Positions 13,241-26,544 of a DNA stretch of 64,000 nt are shown here, in pieces. The stretch comes from Azolla caroliniana (lineage: Eukaryota > Plantae > Polypodiophyta). Position 1 is the first letter of the stretch. Each line of letters begins with the position of its first letter. Both the position numbers and the translations under genes were made by a program. Below the pieces are notes generated by a model. That model did no database searches, had not been told where the DNA came from, and saw only the letters and a program-made list of their open reading frames with translations. Location: positions 14,136,001 through 14,200,000 of the forward strand of contig JBHGNT010000011.1 of assembly GCA_043228905.1 (NCBI GenBank). The letters run 5' to 3'.

Positions 13241-16200
13241 TACTCCCCCTCTTTAAAACATTGCACTCTTGCAATGGAAAGTTAGGGAAGTTAGTTCTGA
13301 GAGTACTCTCACGTTCCCATGTGGCATCTTTTATTGATTTATCCATCCATTTTATTTTAAATTCTCGGATTTCTTTAGTACATAATTTTTTTGTTTTAAC
13401 ATCGAGAATTCTTTCTGGTACATGTGGTTTAGAAGATACATCTTCAAAAGTAAACAAAGTTTTAGTTGTAACTGTATTGTCGCCAGAACCTAGAAGTTCT
13501 TTTAGACGACTCACATGAAAAACTGGATGAATTCCAACACCATCGGGAAGAGCAAGACGATAGGCTGATGACCCAATGCATTTGAGGACTATAAAAGGTC
13601 CACAAAACCATGGGGCTAAATTAGCGCACTTACCCGTAGACAATGTCTTAGAATTGTGAGGTACACGTAAAAATACCTTCTGTCCAGGGTTGAATACACG
13701 AGGTTGCCTATGATGATCGGCATAAAAACGCGCTCTATCTTGAGCTGCTTTTATATTATCTCGTGCAATATGCAACATATTTTGCATATCCCGAAGAAAG
13801 TTTTGCGTACTTTGCAACTCATCATGATGTATATTAACATCAATCGGGCTCGTGGCTGAAAACCATACATCAACATAAAAGGACTATATCCTGTCGACGT
13901 ATGCTTGGAGCTGTTATAAGCAAACTCCAAATTTGGGAGATAACATTCCCATTTTGTTGGTTTTATACCAACATATGCTTGAAGCATGTCCTCAATAATT
14001 TGATTTACTCGTTCAGTTTGTCCATCGGATTGAGGATGATCCGTGGAGCTCATGCTCAACGTAGTTTCTAACTTCTTAAAGACTTGCGTCCAAAAGTCAC
14101 TAGTAAATTTTGGATCTCGATCACTCACGATATCCATCGGTAACCCATAAAAACTAAATAACTCGTCCACGAATTGGTAAGCCAATTCAAGAGTTGTTAC
14201 CGTGGTTTTAGTAGCAATAAATCCGGCCATTTTAGTTAGTCTATCAACCACAACCCAGATGGCATCATGGCCTTTTTGGGTGCGAGGAAGGCTAACAATA
14301 AAATCCATGGATATACTTTCCCACTTATTGTTGGGAATGTCCAAGGGATGTAAAAGTCCTGCGGCTTTAAGTCGCTCAGCTTTGTTAACCTAACATTGGT
14401 GACATTTAGTCACATAGTTATGTATGTCAGGACGCATCTTAGGCCAATAAAATTGAGTGGAGATGAGAACGAGTGTATGATGTATTTCAGGGTGCCCTAC
14501 TGAGGGTGCATCATGGCATTCAAAAAGAATCATCTTTTTGACCTCGGGTAAATCTGGAACACAAACCTTCCCATTACGGTAGAGCAAACCGTCAACAATG
14601 TGGAAGTATTCCTTCGAGGATGTGGTGGTGTCTGTTCTAGACTCAACTCTTGCCCAGTATTTTGCGAAATGATTGTCATCAGGATACTTTCCTCGAAGGT
14701 GATCATAAAGATCTAATGATATTTCAGTGAAGCTAAGCGTGTTAATTTCACGAATGCGACTTAGTGCATTAGCGACAGTGTTCATGGAACCTTTACGATA
14801 TCGTATGGAAAAATCAAAGTCCTGGATGAGATCAGCCCATCGTGCCTTACGACCTTTCAGGTCTTGTTGGTCACAAAAATATTTCAAGGACTCGTGGTCC
14901 ATAGTTACCACAAAGCGATTTCCATAAAGATAATGGCACCATGTTTTGAGCGCATGTATAACTGCAAATAATTCCTTTTCTTGCACGGTATACCGACATT
15001 GAGCAGAATCAAGTTTCTTACTCTCGAATGCTATTGGTTTACCATCTTGATATAAGACAGCACCTATAGCATAATCGCTTGCATTGGTTTCAACCTCAAA
15101 AGGTTTTGAAGGATCGGGTAAAAGAAGTGAAGGAGCCTTGCATACCAGGTCCTTGAGTTCCTTAAAAGCGAGGTATAGTGTAGCATTCCACACAATACGT
15201 TTTGTAGACTTACGCGTTTGAGCTTTTAGAAGATCAGTAAACGGCGTCGTCAATTTGGAGTAATTACGAAGGGATTTTCTCAAAAACCCGACAAAACCAA
15301 GGAATAATCGAACTTCTCGAATATTCCGAAGAGTGGGCCAAAGCTTGATTTTCTCGATGCAAGAAGAATCAATTTCAACTCCTCGTTCGGTTATGAGATG
15401 TCCAAGTAATTGATTTCTTGAAGAACTCACATTTTGAGATCTTCGCGTAAAACTGTTTGTCACGCAATGTTTGTAAAACAAAGCAGACATGTTTAGCATG
15501 TTCTTGTAATGTACGACTATAAACTAAAATATCATCCAAGAAAATAACGACAAATTTTCCAAGTTGTTCTCGGAAAATGTCATTCATTTCTTGTTGAAAT
15601 GTAGCCGGAGCATTGGTCAAACCAAAAGGCATAACCAGAAACTCATAATGGCCATAGTGCGTACGAAATGCCGTTTTAAGAACATCGTCCTCACTTATAC
15701 GAATTTGATGGTAGCCAGTACGGAGATCAAGTTTCGTAAAATACCGAGCTCCCTGGAGACGGTCAATTAGATCGTCAGCCCGGGGCAATGGATACGAATT
15801 CTTGATCGTCACTTTATTCAAGCGTCGGTAATTAATACACATACGCCATGTGCCCTTTTTCTTTTTAACCAAGAGAACTGGTGCCCCCCATGGAGATTTG
15901 CTATAACGTATATAACCCATTCGTAAATAGTCCTTGAGTTGCTTAGCTACCTCATCCTCTTTGGATCGACTTAAGCGATAAGGAGGTATACTTATTGGTG
16001 CAACACCAGGTACAATATCTATACGATGGTCTATATTACGTTTAGGAGGTAAGCCATCTAGTAGTTCACTTGGAAAAACATCACGAAAATCATTTAAGAT
16101 TTCATCAAGTTGTTGTTGTTCAAAATATGTTAATTGAACCGAGACATTATCGATATTATAAACGTGAATGTCCGGATCAAGTACACAATAAAATAGAGTA

Positions 16201-17631
16201 GAACAAGACAACTCGGATATTGATGGACACGAGGAAACAATCGAGAGGGATTGTTTTTTTACACATTGAATAAAATGAGTACAATTGTTCAGTACAAATG
16301 TAATTGAATGATGAACCCAATCAATAGATAAAGAAGAGTTTTTATTATAAAACCAAGGATAACCCAGTATTACATCGGTGGTACAAAGATTCATTACATG
16401 GAAGTCTACTTCCTCTATATAAGTATCAATAGAAATTCCTAATGAATGAATCACCCCGTTGATGTATTGTACTCTTCCATCAGCCAAGTGCACCGTATAG
16501 GTGTGATCACTTATGGTGGGTTGGATTCCCCATATCTAAACCAAACGATCATTGACAAAGTTGTGTGAGCTTCCCAAATCAAATAAAAATTGTACGGGAG
16601 ATCCATTGATATACCCGTTTGCGCGTAGTAAATCATTGGGACCCAATACATAGTGAGGGAAAGAACATTGACAATTACTTAAATGATGTGTATAGACCTG
16701 AAGGACATTAGGAATCTGACCTTTATGGTCTGGAGCTTTATCTTTGTTGTCGTGCTCTTTGCGTTGGAGCTTTCGACATTGCTCTTTTGTATGACCCTTC
16801 TTTTTGTAGAATACGCAAAAAGGATGGTGTCGCTTACAATCATGATCCATGAATTCGTTGGGTGTCTTGCGTTCCCCAACGAATTGCGACTGCTTAGTCT
16901 CGGGCGCTTCGTTGGGTTTATTGTGGTCCTTCTTCGAAGTGCGTTGATAGCGAAGAACTATTTCAACTGCCTCTTCGAAGGATTTTGGATCCTTATCGTG
17001 CACTATCCAGTGATAGTCCGAATTGGGGATGCCATTGACAAAACAAGCTATTAACCAATTGTCCCCTTCTAGACCCAATTTTTGGATTTGGGTTCTAGCA
17101 CGGTGAACATAGTCTTCTAGTGAGGAAAACTTCCTGCTAGAGAGGTTCATTAAAGCTTGTGCTACCTCGGTTCGAGAGGGAGGTTGCAAAAATTGGCCCT
17201 TGAAAACTGTGACAAAATCTATCCAAGTATCAGGCAATTTCCCCAAAGTACGGAGCCCAAGCCACCAGGCGGCGGCCTTACCCCCTAGTTCTCGGCCGAC
17301 ATATGCAATCTTCGTATTATCTTGTGTGGGATAGAGCTCAAAATGAGACTCCCATCGGCCCAACCACATGCAGATTGCTTCTTCGGTTCTTTCCTTTTTG
17401 TCTCCCCTAAATGGCTTAACAACAAACTATGGTTCACCCTGTCGCTCATCAGGTCTATTAGTCTCACGTTGTAGACTAATGACATGTGCCTCGAGAGCAC
17501 TTTGACATTGCCGAAGTTCGGTCATCTGTTGAGCGGTGAAACTAAGGTATTGGGTTATTTGCGAAAAATACATCTCAATGGACATTTGTCCACGAGGATT
17601 CCCTTGAGTTCCTTCCGCTTGAGCGGATGAC
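13241..17631 (-). pseudogene. Chromovirus gag-pol (gag, protease, RT, RNase H, integrase, chromodomain), frameshifted
   Basis: [90 protein letters not shown], and chromodomain PERIL...FKIKW...DATWE. Confidence 0.95.
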
Positions 17632-18801
17632 ATCGGGTCGTTATTTTGAGCCATTAAATGATTATTTCTGGAAAAGAAATAGGATAAGGTCAGAGAGATA
17701 GTCATAGCATCATGTCGTGATGTAAACATATCATGGGCAAACATTAATCGATATCATGATCTCACGTCAATACCCCTCTAGACGTATGAGATGAGGTTCA
17801 AGATCATGTTACTATGGTAACACAAAGGTGTTTTAAAAACCATGGGGGTGACAATTTAATGTCTTTCCCTGATCTCTATATCGATTTTTCATGGTGGCTC
17901 CCTGAGGCTCAACCATGTATGTTCACGTCATGAATAGTTTATACACGAAAAAAAATGTTAACAATAAACTATGTTTATTACGAGGACCCCGAACTGCACT
18001 TAGACCTCAAGTCTAAACATGTGTTATAATCATATGTATCAACGATGTTGTATGGTCTTGGTCATATTTGAACTCGAGACCTCGAGAACAAATGCATTAA
18101 ACATTTGAGCCAACCAAGTAAGTTGCTCTTCTTGAATGTTTCATGTTTCATGTGTATAAGAGATATGTGAGGCATTTGCCCATATATGTTTTTTTAAAAG
18201 AAACATATATGTCAAGAGTCCCTATTTCGCCCTCATTTACTACAACTATGTTGGTACATTACCTAACCTCAAGTCTCGTAATTACGATGGCATACGCCAA
18301 AGTGCAACGTAATGGTCAAGCCAAATGAGCCCTCTTTTCGTAGTAGGCCCACGTGGCCCATCACATGGTCACGTCATTACGAATGCCTCTCGTAAGAATG
18401 ATCTCATGGTGGCATCGTATCCATGTAATGAGGGAGGGATGTTGGATATGTGTGTCATAAGAGCGACCTCGCATGAAGTGGCTCAAACCCTACGTACTCA
18501 ACATCATTATGGCTATTGGCGTTTCTTTACGTAACAAAATATTGAAGTCACCAACGGGGATTTCAACAATAAAAAATTGTGGAAAAAAGGGATGGTGAAA
18601 CAACGATTCTCACAAAAATGTGAGGACGGCCACCAAGAACCTTTCCCAGAAAAGGAAAACATTCGATTTAAAATCACGTAATAACTTTTATACACATATG
18701 TATATTATCACATATATACGATCAACTACCTATACATGTGACCACATATGCCTATATTAAAGAAATCGTTATATTTAATAGCCAAAAATGTCGTAATCGA
18801 G

Positions 18802-19063
18802 ATACGTAATCGAGGCATATACCTCTACGCACACGAGACATCCAAAAATAAGGGTTCAACGTAATACGCAATTGAGGTATTGACCTCTTACGCATACCAG
18901 ACCAAACGCATATCATTTACAACAAAATCGAGGTGTTGACCTCATACGCAAACATAACATATGTTTGTGAACGTAATACGTAATTAAGGTATTAACCTCG
19001 TACGCATATGACACTCATCACATATTATTTATATGTCAAACGAGGTATTGACCTCGTGCACAT
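18802..19063. repeat. Five-copy degenerate hairpin tandem repeat in the chromovirus 5' leader
   Basis: Core GAGGT-ATTG-ACCTC-x-TACGCA at roughly 55-62 bp spacing. Confidence 0.75.
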
Positions 19064-21489
19064 ATGTAAGCGTTTTAGATAACCAATTAAATACCACTAC
19101 AACATCATTTAATTAATGAAAATAATCTACATATTAACCATACACATGATTAGATGGGAAAACAAAAAACAAACAAAAAATAAAAAGAAACATTACCGAA
19201 GTTCCTTGTTGATCCTTGTCTGCATGAAGGCCAACCGCACAATGATCGATCGCCATCCATCGAGAAGATAATACCAACAAAAGAAACATTAATACATAGG
19301 CTCGAATACCAAATATTAGAGACATGTACTAAAGTAAGCATTAGATAAGGATAGATCTAGGTAGATAGAAAGAAAGGAGAGAGAGAAAGAAGGGTGCCGA
19401 TCCACCCGACCACCTCGAGCGAAGGGATCGAGACGGACTCGAACCTCGATCGGCGTCCCATACCACCGTCGTGGCGTCGAGCCGTACCTGGTGCTGGCGC
19501 GCTCACTACAAGAGTTGACCCACCACAAGACAGAGTCTCGACGTAGTCAACAAGATGATGAAATGAGGGTAGCTAGGCCTCTTATTTATAACAATACCCA
19601 AGGTCCCCAGGCAAGTTCACACTTGGCCTAATGGGTTGTCTCAATCCCGAGGATTAAAAGTAATCCTCCCCTTCTTTACATTCTCGTTTAACCCTCACAC
19701 TTATCCACGTGTATAGAATACTACGGTAAATTCTCACCACGGGATATTATATGGTCATGCCCGTAACATTGAGAATACTTGTGGCATTATTGTTTGACAA
19801 TATGTCAAACACCCTACTAGATGCATTTGCACGAGGCACTCATCTGCAATATCTTTTGGGAGTCGTTGGAAATGCGGCAAACAAGTCTTCTTTTGATCCA
19901 TGCCATCAATAATCATGCGTGTCATATACTTTTCGAGAGATTGAAGCGCTTTTTGTCGGTAATGCATAGCCTTAGAACGTTCCAATGCTTGACTTTCACG
20001 ATGTTCTTTTAATAGGTTCTTGTAATTCCTTATCTCTACATCTGATTTTCCACCCTTGGCCATACTTTTTAAACTTGCACATATTGAGCAGACTCCCATT
20101 CGTACCTTTCGTGGGATAACCACATTGTTAAATTGTAACCTCCACAATCGATTAAAATGTCTATACTTTATGTAAGGTGCATCATCTACTGACATGTCGT
20201 CCTTGTATGATTGGTAAACTTCCCTTCGAGTAAAGTTATCTGACAAATGTAGTCTTCCTGTCGTAGGCATAATGTCACACTGTTTTGAAAAATATACTTC
20301 CATCCACCTAATTGCATGTTGCCCAATTTGACCCTTACATCCAGAACCATTTCGATCCAACGGTATCCACGATCCTATCAGAAGACGCTCTTGAACTCGT
20401 TGCAGCCGCATATTTCCAATGCTATGAGCGATTTTAAATGCGGCTCGACAATACTTAGTATATAGTCCAAGGAAATATTCAACCTGCGTAGAATTAGACC
20501 CTACATTGTGATCCTTTTTAAGCTTCATATGCGAAAGAAGAAATGTGTCCTGCTCTTCCCCATTAAGCGACAAATATTTTTGCCGTGTTTCACGTAACCT
20601 CGACTTTCCATAAGTTGAAAGGTAGAGATTCGCACAACATGTTTTGTTGAAGTCGCAAAGAAGTTGACGATCAGAACATAAAAAATTAAATCTCTTTTCA
20701 CTAACTTGTCGAGGGATTCTTTTAAATAGAAGTGGTTTACTAATACTATTGTTATCTATAGAAGTATCAGACTCTGCTTCTAAGCTTACATGAAGAGGGC
20801 CATCAACAGGATCAATTGAAAAAAGAGAATTCGAGGTACTAGGAACCTCACTTTTCTGTTTTTGACGCAAGCTTTTCGAATGTCTCTTGTAATCGTACTC
20901 TTCTATTGAGAAATACGAGTTGTTGGACAAAGAAAAGGGGGCAATAGAAAAAAAAGATGTTCTACTTGTAGAAGAAGACATTCTCAAAACTATCAAGACA
21001 AACCCTATGGCACTGCCATCAAAGGGCTATATACCGAACTCCTCTATAGAAAAGATTAAGGAACATTGAATCTTTACTATATAACTATTAGAACTAGACA
21101 TGAGTTATTGGTTACACTACAACACTTTTTAGGAAGAGAAATTTCAAAAAAATTAATTTTTATTTTAAAAAAAACATTTATATATAATGATGTTTCAAAT
21201 TTCATTTTCATTATCGCAACAAAGAATCAATCGAGCTCAAAGCACAGACTAATTTCAAGCACTCCGAAGCACTACCTCCGCCAGGCATCATGAACAAGGG
21301 AAAGAAGATCGCCAGGTTAGCAATATTCTTTACATTTTTTAAGATTCTAAAAGATGCCTTAAAGATTCATTTTCACAATAAGCAATAATCCCCAAATATT
21401 TTGTTAAGGAAACACACCATCGAATTAAAATGCACTTAAACTTCACTAGATGGTTAAGGAGAAGTCATGTCACAATCAAGGCATTCAAC

Positions 21490-24400
21490 CAAAATCCGAT
21501 GCAGTGCTTCGGCTTGCGTCTTTCTTCGCGGCTTTGCACGGTAGATCGGCTCTTCGCAGCTTTGTTGCGCGGTTGCGTAATCCACACGTTCTTGCGTAGT
21601 GTGCGCGGCTTGCGGAATCCACGCGTTATTGCGTAATGTCTTCAGTACTCCTCCTCAAGCTTGGCAGGTCAAGGATCGTCATTCCGAGATCGGTCATGAA
21701 TTGCCATAGTTTGTCGGCTCCTAAGGCTTTAGTGAAGATGTCGGCCAATTGAAGATTGGTGCTAATGTGTTGTGGGTCGACATCGCCAGCTAGAACGCGC
21801 TCTCGGATGAAGTGATAGTGCACTTCGATGTGCTTTGTCCGCGCGTGGAACACCGAGTTCCGAGCCAAATGAATATTGCTCATGTTGTCGCAGTAAAGGG
21901 GAGTCGGATCCTTGATGGGTATGCCCAGATCCTTGAGAATCCTTTTGAGCCATACGGCTTCACATGCGACCACTACCGCGCCCCTGTATTCCGTCTCTGT
22001 GCTCGAAAGAGCGACGGTTGGTTGCTTTTTGTTGCTCCAGGATATTGCTCCGTTGCAGAGGGAGAAAAAAAAATCCAGAGGTTGATCTTCTATCGGCTTT
22101 GTAGCCGGCCCAATCGGCGTCGGTGTACCCCTCGAGTCGTATTGGCATCACGGTCTTGTAGAGGATGTCGTAATCCATTGTGCCGCTCACGTATTGAAGA
22201 ACTCGCTTAGCGCAATCCAAGTGAGTATCACGTGGTGTTTGCATGAATTGACTAAGGAGACCGACCGGATAACTGAGATCGGGACGAGTGATCGTGAGGT
22301 AGATGAGACTCCTGATGAGTTGCCGATACTGAGTCGGCTCAAACGCTTTGGTGCCGGAGTTCGCATCTAGTTTGAGATTGCGATCGAGCGGGGTTGCCGC
22401 GGATTTGCACTCAGCCATTCCGAACTTGTATAACAAATTGAGGATGTAGTGCCGTTGAGAGATCATGATTCCGGCCGGAGTCTGAATTACCTCGATACCG
22501 AGGAAGTAGTGGAGCTCCTTCATGTCTGTCATCTCCAACTTCTCAGAAAGGAGGGATTTGACTTTATTGATTTTGATGAGATGCTCGTCTCCAATGACTA
22601 GGTCATCCACATATAAGATGATGACGATCGGACTTGCGGAATCGCTTTGTATGTAGAGGGAATTTTCCGATTTTGACATACGGAAGCCGATTTGATGAAG
22701 ATATAGCGTTATCTTTGAATGTCAAGCACGTGGTGCTTGCTTGACGCCGTAGAGGGGCTTCTTGAGTCGGCATACAGCTTTCGGATGGGTGCTCGAGTTG
22801 AAGCCGGGTGGTTGTATCATGTACACCTCCTCTTCTAATTCGCCTTGTAGAAAGGCGTTCTTGACATCCATTTGATGGAGGTGCCACCCTTTCGCCGTGG
22901 CAAGCGCAATTACGGTTCGTACCATAGTCATCTTTGCCACCGGGGCAAAGGTCTCTTCATAGTCAACTCCATGCGTTTGTGTGTAGCCTTTCGCTATGAG
23001 TCGCGCTTTATAGCGGTTGACGGAACCGTCAACGTTGTACTTCACTTTGTAAATCCATCTACATCCGATCGCCTTTTTGTGTGGTGAGGTGGGAACGAGA
23101 TCCCATGTCTCGTTCTTGCATAGTGCTTGCATCTCCTCATTCATGGCTTCGATCCATCATGGATCCTTGACTGCTTCGGAAAATGTTTCCAGCTCGCGTA
23201 CTGTCGCCACCTTCATCATAAAGGCATAGTGATATGCCATGTAGTCGTTGTAGCCGAATCGGCTGACTGGATTCTTTTCACGGGTGGAGAGACAAAGCTT
23301 TTCATTTGCAGAGATGAGGGCTTTCTTAGCTCCAATTGGAACCTCGAAGCCGCCGAACTCACTGTCGAGTGAGTGAGTCGACTCATCGTCGTCAAAGCGA
23401 TCGTCTTCGTATTCCGACATTTTCGCCTTGCCTTTGTCCATCTTCGGGCTAGGCCATGATGTGCTTTGATCGCTCAAAGGCTCTTGTGGTCTGCTCAGTC
23501 GGGTCGTGATCAGACTTTCTTCGAACATGCGCGTGAGTCGATCTTCGGCTTCTATCTCTATTTTGGTGGAATCTGGGTCGAGCAGAGTCGGAGTCGAATT
23601 TTTTTCTAGTGCGTACCAGGATGCGGACTCATAAAAAACGACGTCTCGACTTACTCGAGATTTTCGAGTTGAGGGGTTGTAGCACTTGTACCCCTTTTGC
23701 TCCAATGAGTATCCTACGAGGATACATTTCTCCGACTTCGGGTCAAGCTTTTGACGCTTCTCATCCGGGATGTGCACGTACGCTATTGCGCCAAATATGC
23801 GGATGTGCGATAAGTCCGGCTTCTTTCCGAAGTATTTTTTGTGCGGAATGACCTCGTGCACGCCGGATGTTGTGCATCGATTCATTAGGTAGACGACCGT
23901 ATTTGCAGCTTCGGCCCAATATGACTTGGGCATATGCTTCTCGTTCATCATGGCCCGCGCTACTTCGAGGATGTGCCGATTTTTGCGCTCGGCTACTCCG
24001 TTTTGTTGCGGAGTGTGTCGGCAAGTGAATTCTCGCCGAATTCCTTCCTTTCGGAGATACGCCGTGAAATCGTCCGAGAAGTACTCCTTGCCACCATCTG
24101 ATCGGAGACATCGTACATTTCGGCCCGTGGCTTTCTCGACTTCATTCTTGAATTTTTGGAAGTGTCCGAACACTTCGCTCTTTTGCTGCATCGGGTAGAT
24201 CCAAGTGTGCCTGGAGAAGTCGTCGATGAAGAGCACGTAATATCGGCATCCGCCGAATGTAGCCGTCTGCGCCGGTCCCATACGTCGGAATGGACTACAT
24301 CGAGTAGACCTTTGCTCACGTTCCGCTCTTTCAGGAATAGGTGTCGGTGTTGCTTGCCGAATTGGCACGCTTCGCATACACCTTCAATCTCCTTCTCTTT

Positions 24401-26516
24401 GAATGTCGGGAGTCCGATGACGACTCCTTTCGATTTCATTGCTTTGAGTTTGTTGAGATTGATGTGGCTGATTCGCTTATGCCATAACTCTATGTCGGAG
24501 TCAGCTTTCGTGCTTTTCGCGAACATGGTGGATTTCATCTCGTGTGAATCGAGAATGAACATCCGGCCCTCTCTTCTTCCACGTGCGATGATTCGGCCTT
24601 CTTTTTCGATGAAGCACCCTTCTTGGTCGAATCGTACTTGCATCCCTTGCTCAACCATTTGGCCGACCGAGACCAAATTCTTCGTGATGGTGGGAACATG
24701 CAAGACATTTTTAATGTATGTTTGCTTACCTCTTTCGCCGAACGGAACATTGCCAATGTGCCGAATCGGGTGCGTAGTGTCATCTCCGGTTTCGACATAA
24801 CCGGGTCGCTCCGGCTCTCGAGGTTCGAGAAACCATTCTTTATGACATGTCATATGGTTTGAGGCTCCGGAGTCAACAAACCATACATCCTCCAGATTGA
24901 GGGCACTAGTTGAGGTAGAGGCTGACATAGAGTTTGCTCTATGTTTCATCATGAACATTCCGCCACGGTCGGAGTTGTGTGCGTACATTCCGCCACGATC
25001 TTCGTAGTTGGAGTTATGCCCGTACATTCCGCTATACTCTTCGTAGTCGGAATTGTGCGCTTAATTCGTGAGTTGTCGGCTTGTGGAAACCGATTCACGC
25101 ATCTTCTTTCGGCACTCTTCTTCGTGGTGGCCGAGCTTTCCGCAATATCCGCATTCGGTTGCGTTTTGACGGCTCGGGCCGGAATGGAAGCTCCCCCTTC
25201 TTGCGAAGGTTCCTCGTTGGCTTACGTTTTGCGGCCGAAATTGGGGGTTGTTATCGTAGGTCGGACCTCGTCCGCCTTGTCCTTGGCCGAATCGGCCTCT
25301 CGGCCATCCGCGTCCTCTTCCTCCGTTCGAGTGCGTGTAGAGCATGTGGCCTTCCAACTCATTGCTCCTTGTACGCACATGGTTTTCTTCGACCAATAGC
25401 ATTGATTGGAGCTCAAAGAAGGAGGGAGATTTCTCCCGTGGTAGAACAGCGGTTCGCATTGCGCCGAACCGTGGTGCAAGGCCGCTGAGGCATATTTGAA
25501 CCATCTCATCATCATCGATATTTACGCTTATTAAGCCGAGCGAATCGCAAAGCTCCTTGATCTTCGAGGTGTATGTCGTAATGGACATGTCCCTTTGTTG
25601 AATGTTGTTCAACTCTTGGCGGAGTTGAAGCCTTCTTGCGGTTGTGTTTGCCGCAAAAATCTTTCGTAGATTTTCCCATGCCTCCTTCGGCGTCTTGGCT
25701 TCGCGAATGTAGCCGAGCATGTGATCGTGAACACATGTCGCCAAGAAATACATCACGCGGTTTGCGGCTTGCGGCTTGCTCCCATGTCGTGTATCAGGGA
25801 GCCGCTTCGGCGGGTCGGTCTTCATGCGCTCCTTTGATGTAGCTCCAATAGCCTTGTCCGACAAGGTATTGGTGCATCTTGTACTCCCAAGATGCGACGT
25901 TGTTTCGATCCAACTTCTCCATAGGGAGAGCGCTCCCCATTTGAGTATTCATTATGTTGATTCTTCTTCTTCTTCTTCTTCTCTCTTCGAATGCGAGCTA
26001 TGTAGCGAAGCTACGATAACGATGAGCCGGTTCTTGGTCTTCGGCGTAGAGCACAACACACGATCACGATGAGGCGAATGGGCTAGATCGAGCTACCAAA
26101 TCACTCTGATACCATGTAAAGAATCGGGTATGATTCTTGTGTAGCGGAATAAGTGTGAACTGTGTGTGTATGAGAGAGAGAGTGAGAGAGAGAGAGAGAC
26201 AGTGAGAGTGAGAGTGAGAAGTAGTAAGACGCAAAGAATACGCAAGGTAAAAGTATATTCACAAAGGAGAAAGACTCAACAACATACAAGGTGGGAGGAG
26301 GGTGCTTTATATAGTCACCCTCTCTCTTCATTAACTACAAGGTCATGGAGCATGGGGAATGTGAAAGCTCATAAGTTATGTGTCATAGAATATGATTCTA
26401 TGACTCATACTAAATGCTAGAATACAAAGAGGTGACTTAATGGTGACTCTTGACCGTTGGAGTGTCTATTCACTCCCAAGGTGAGTTCACACACTAGACC
26501 AAGTTGAGCTTGAACA
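21490..26516 (-). mobile_element. Ty1/Copia element (Copia-2): 5' LTR ~26115-26516, PBS ~26103-26114, gag-pol through RNase H, 3' LTR missing
   Basis: PBS TGGTATCAGAGT; gag from 25952; CGYCGKLGHHEEEC, WFVDSGASNHM, integrase, [31 protein letters not shown]. No second LTR copy found. Confidence 0.93.
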
Positions 26517-26544
26517 TATTGTTAAGACAAAACTTGTGCGTAGG

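Larger units (their letters stand above)
12785..19768 (-). mobile_element. Full-length Ty3/Gypsy chromovirus nested in the transposase
   Basis: LTRs 12785-13240 and 19314-19768 (roughly 96-97% identical by eye); perfect TSD TTGAG (12780-12784 and 19769-19773); PBS TGGTATTCGAGCC (~19299-19311); PPT AGGGGGAGTA (13241-13250). Confidence 0.96.
11311..20996 (-). pseudogene. Sola1-like transposase (20996-19769 joined to 12779-11311), split by the Gypsy insertion, with two premature TAGs
   Basis: Removing the Gypsy and one TSD copy gives in-frame ...MPQVFS-TYPNIHNDPNLTVTVMHRVL.... Motifs: YC..AF...HSIG..RL, KVRMGVCSIC, MIIDGMDQKK, LYVQLDNISRENKN, FLLVGHTHDHIDQMFS. The frame continues through TAGs at 11683 and 11443 to TAA at 11311 (~900 codons). 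Confidence 0.85.

Noticed and set aside
18802-19063. CRISPR-like look (palindromic repeats with ~25-30 nt spacers)
   Set aside because: Repeats are degenerate, alternate spacers are related, the array lies inside an LTR retrotransposon leader in eukaryotic DNA, and there are no cas genes.
24156-25488. Long plus-strand ORFs inside the Copia elements (also 50263-52604)
   Set aside because: Antisense shadows of GC-rich gag-pol with no independent motifs.
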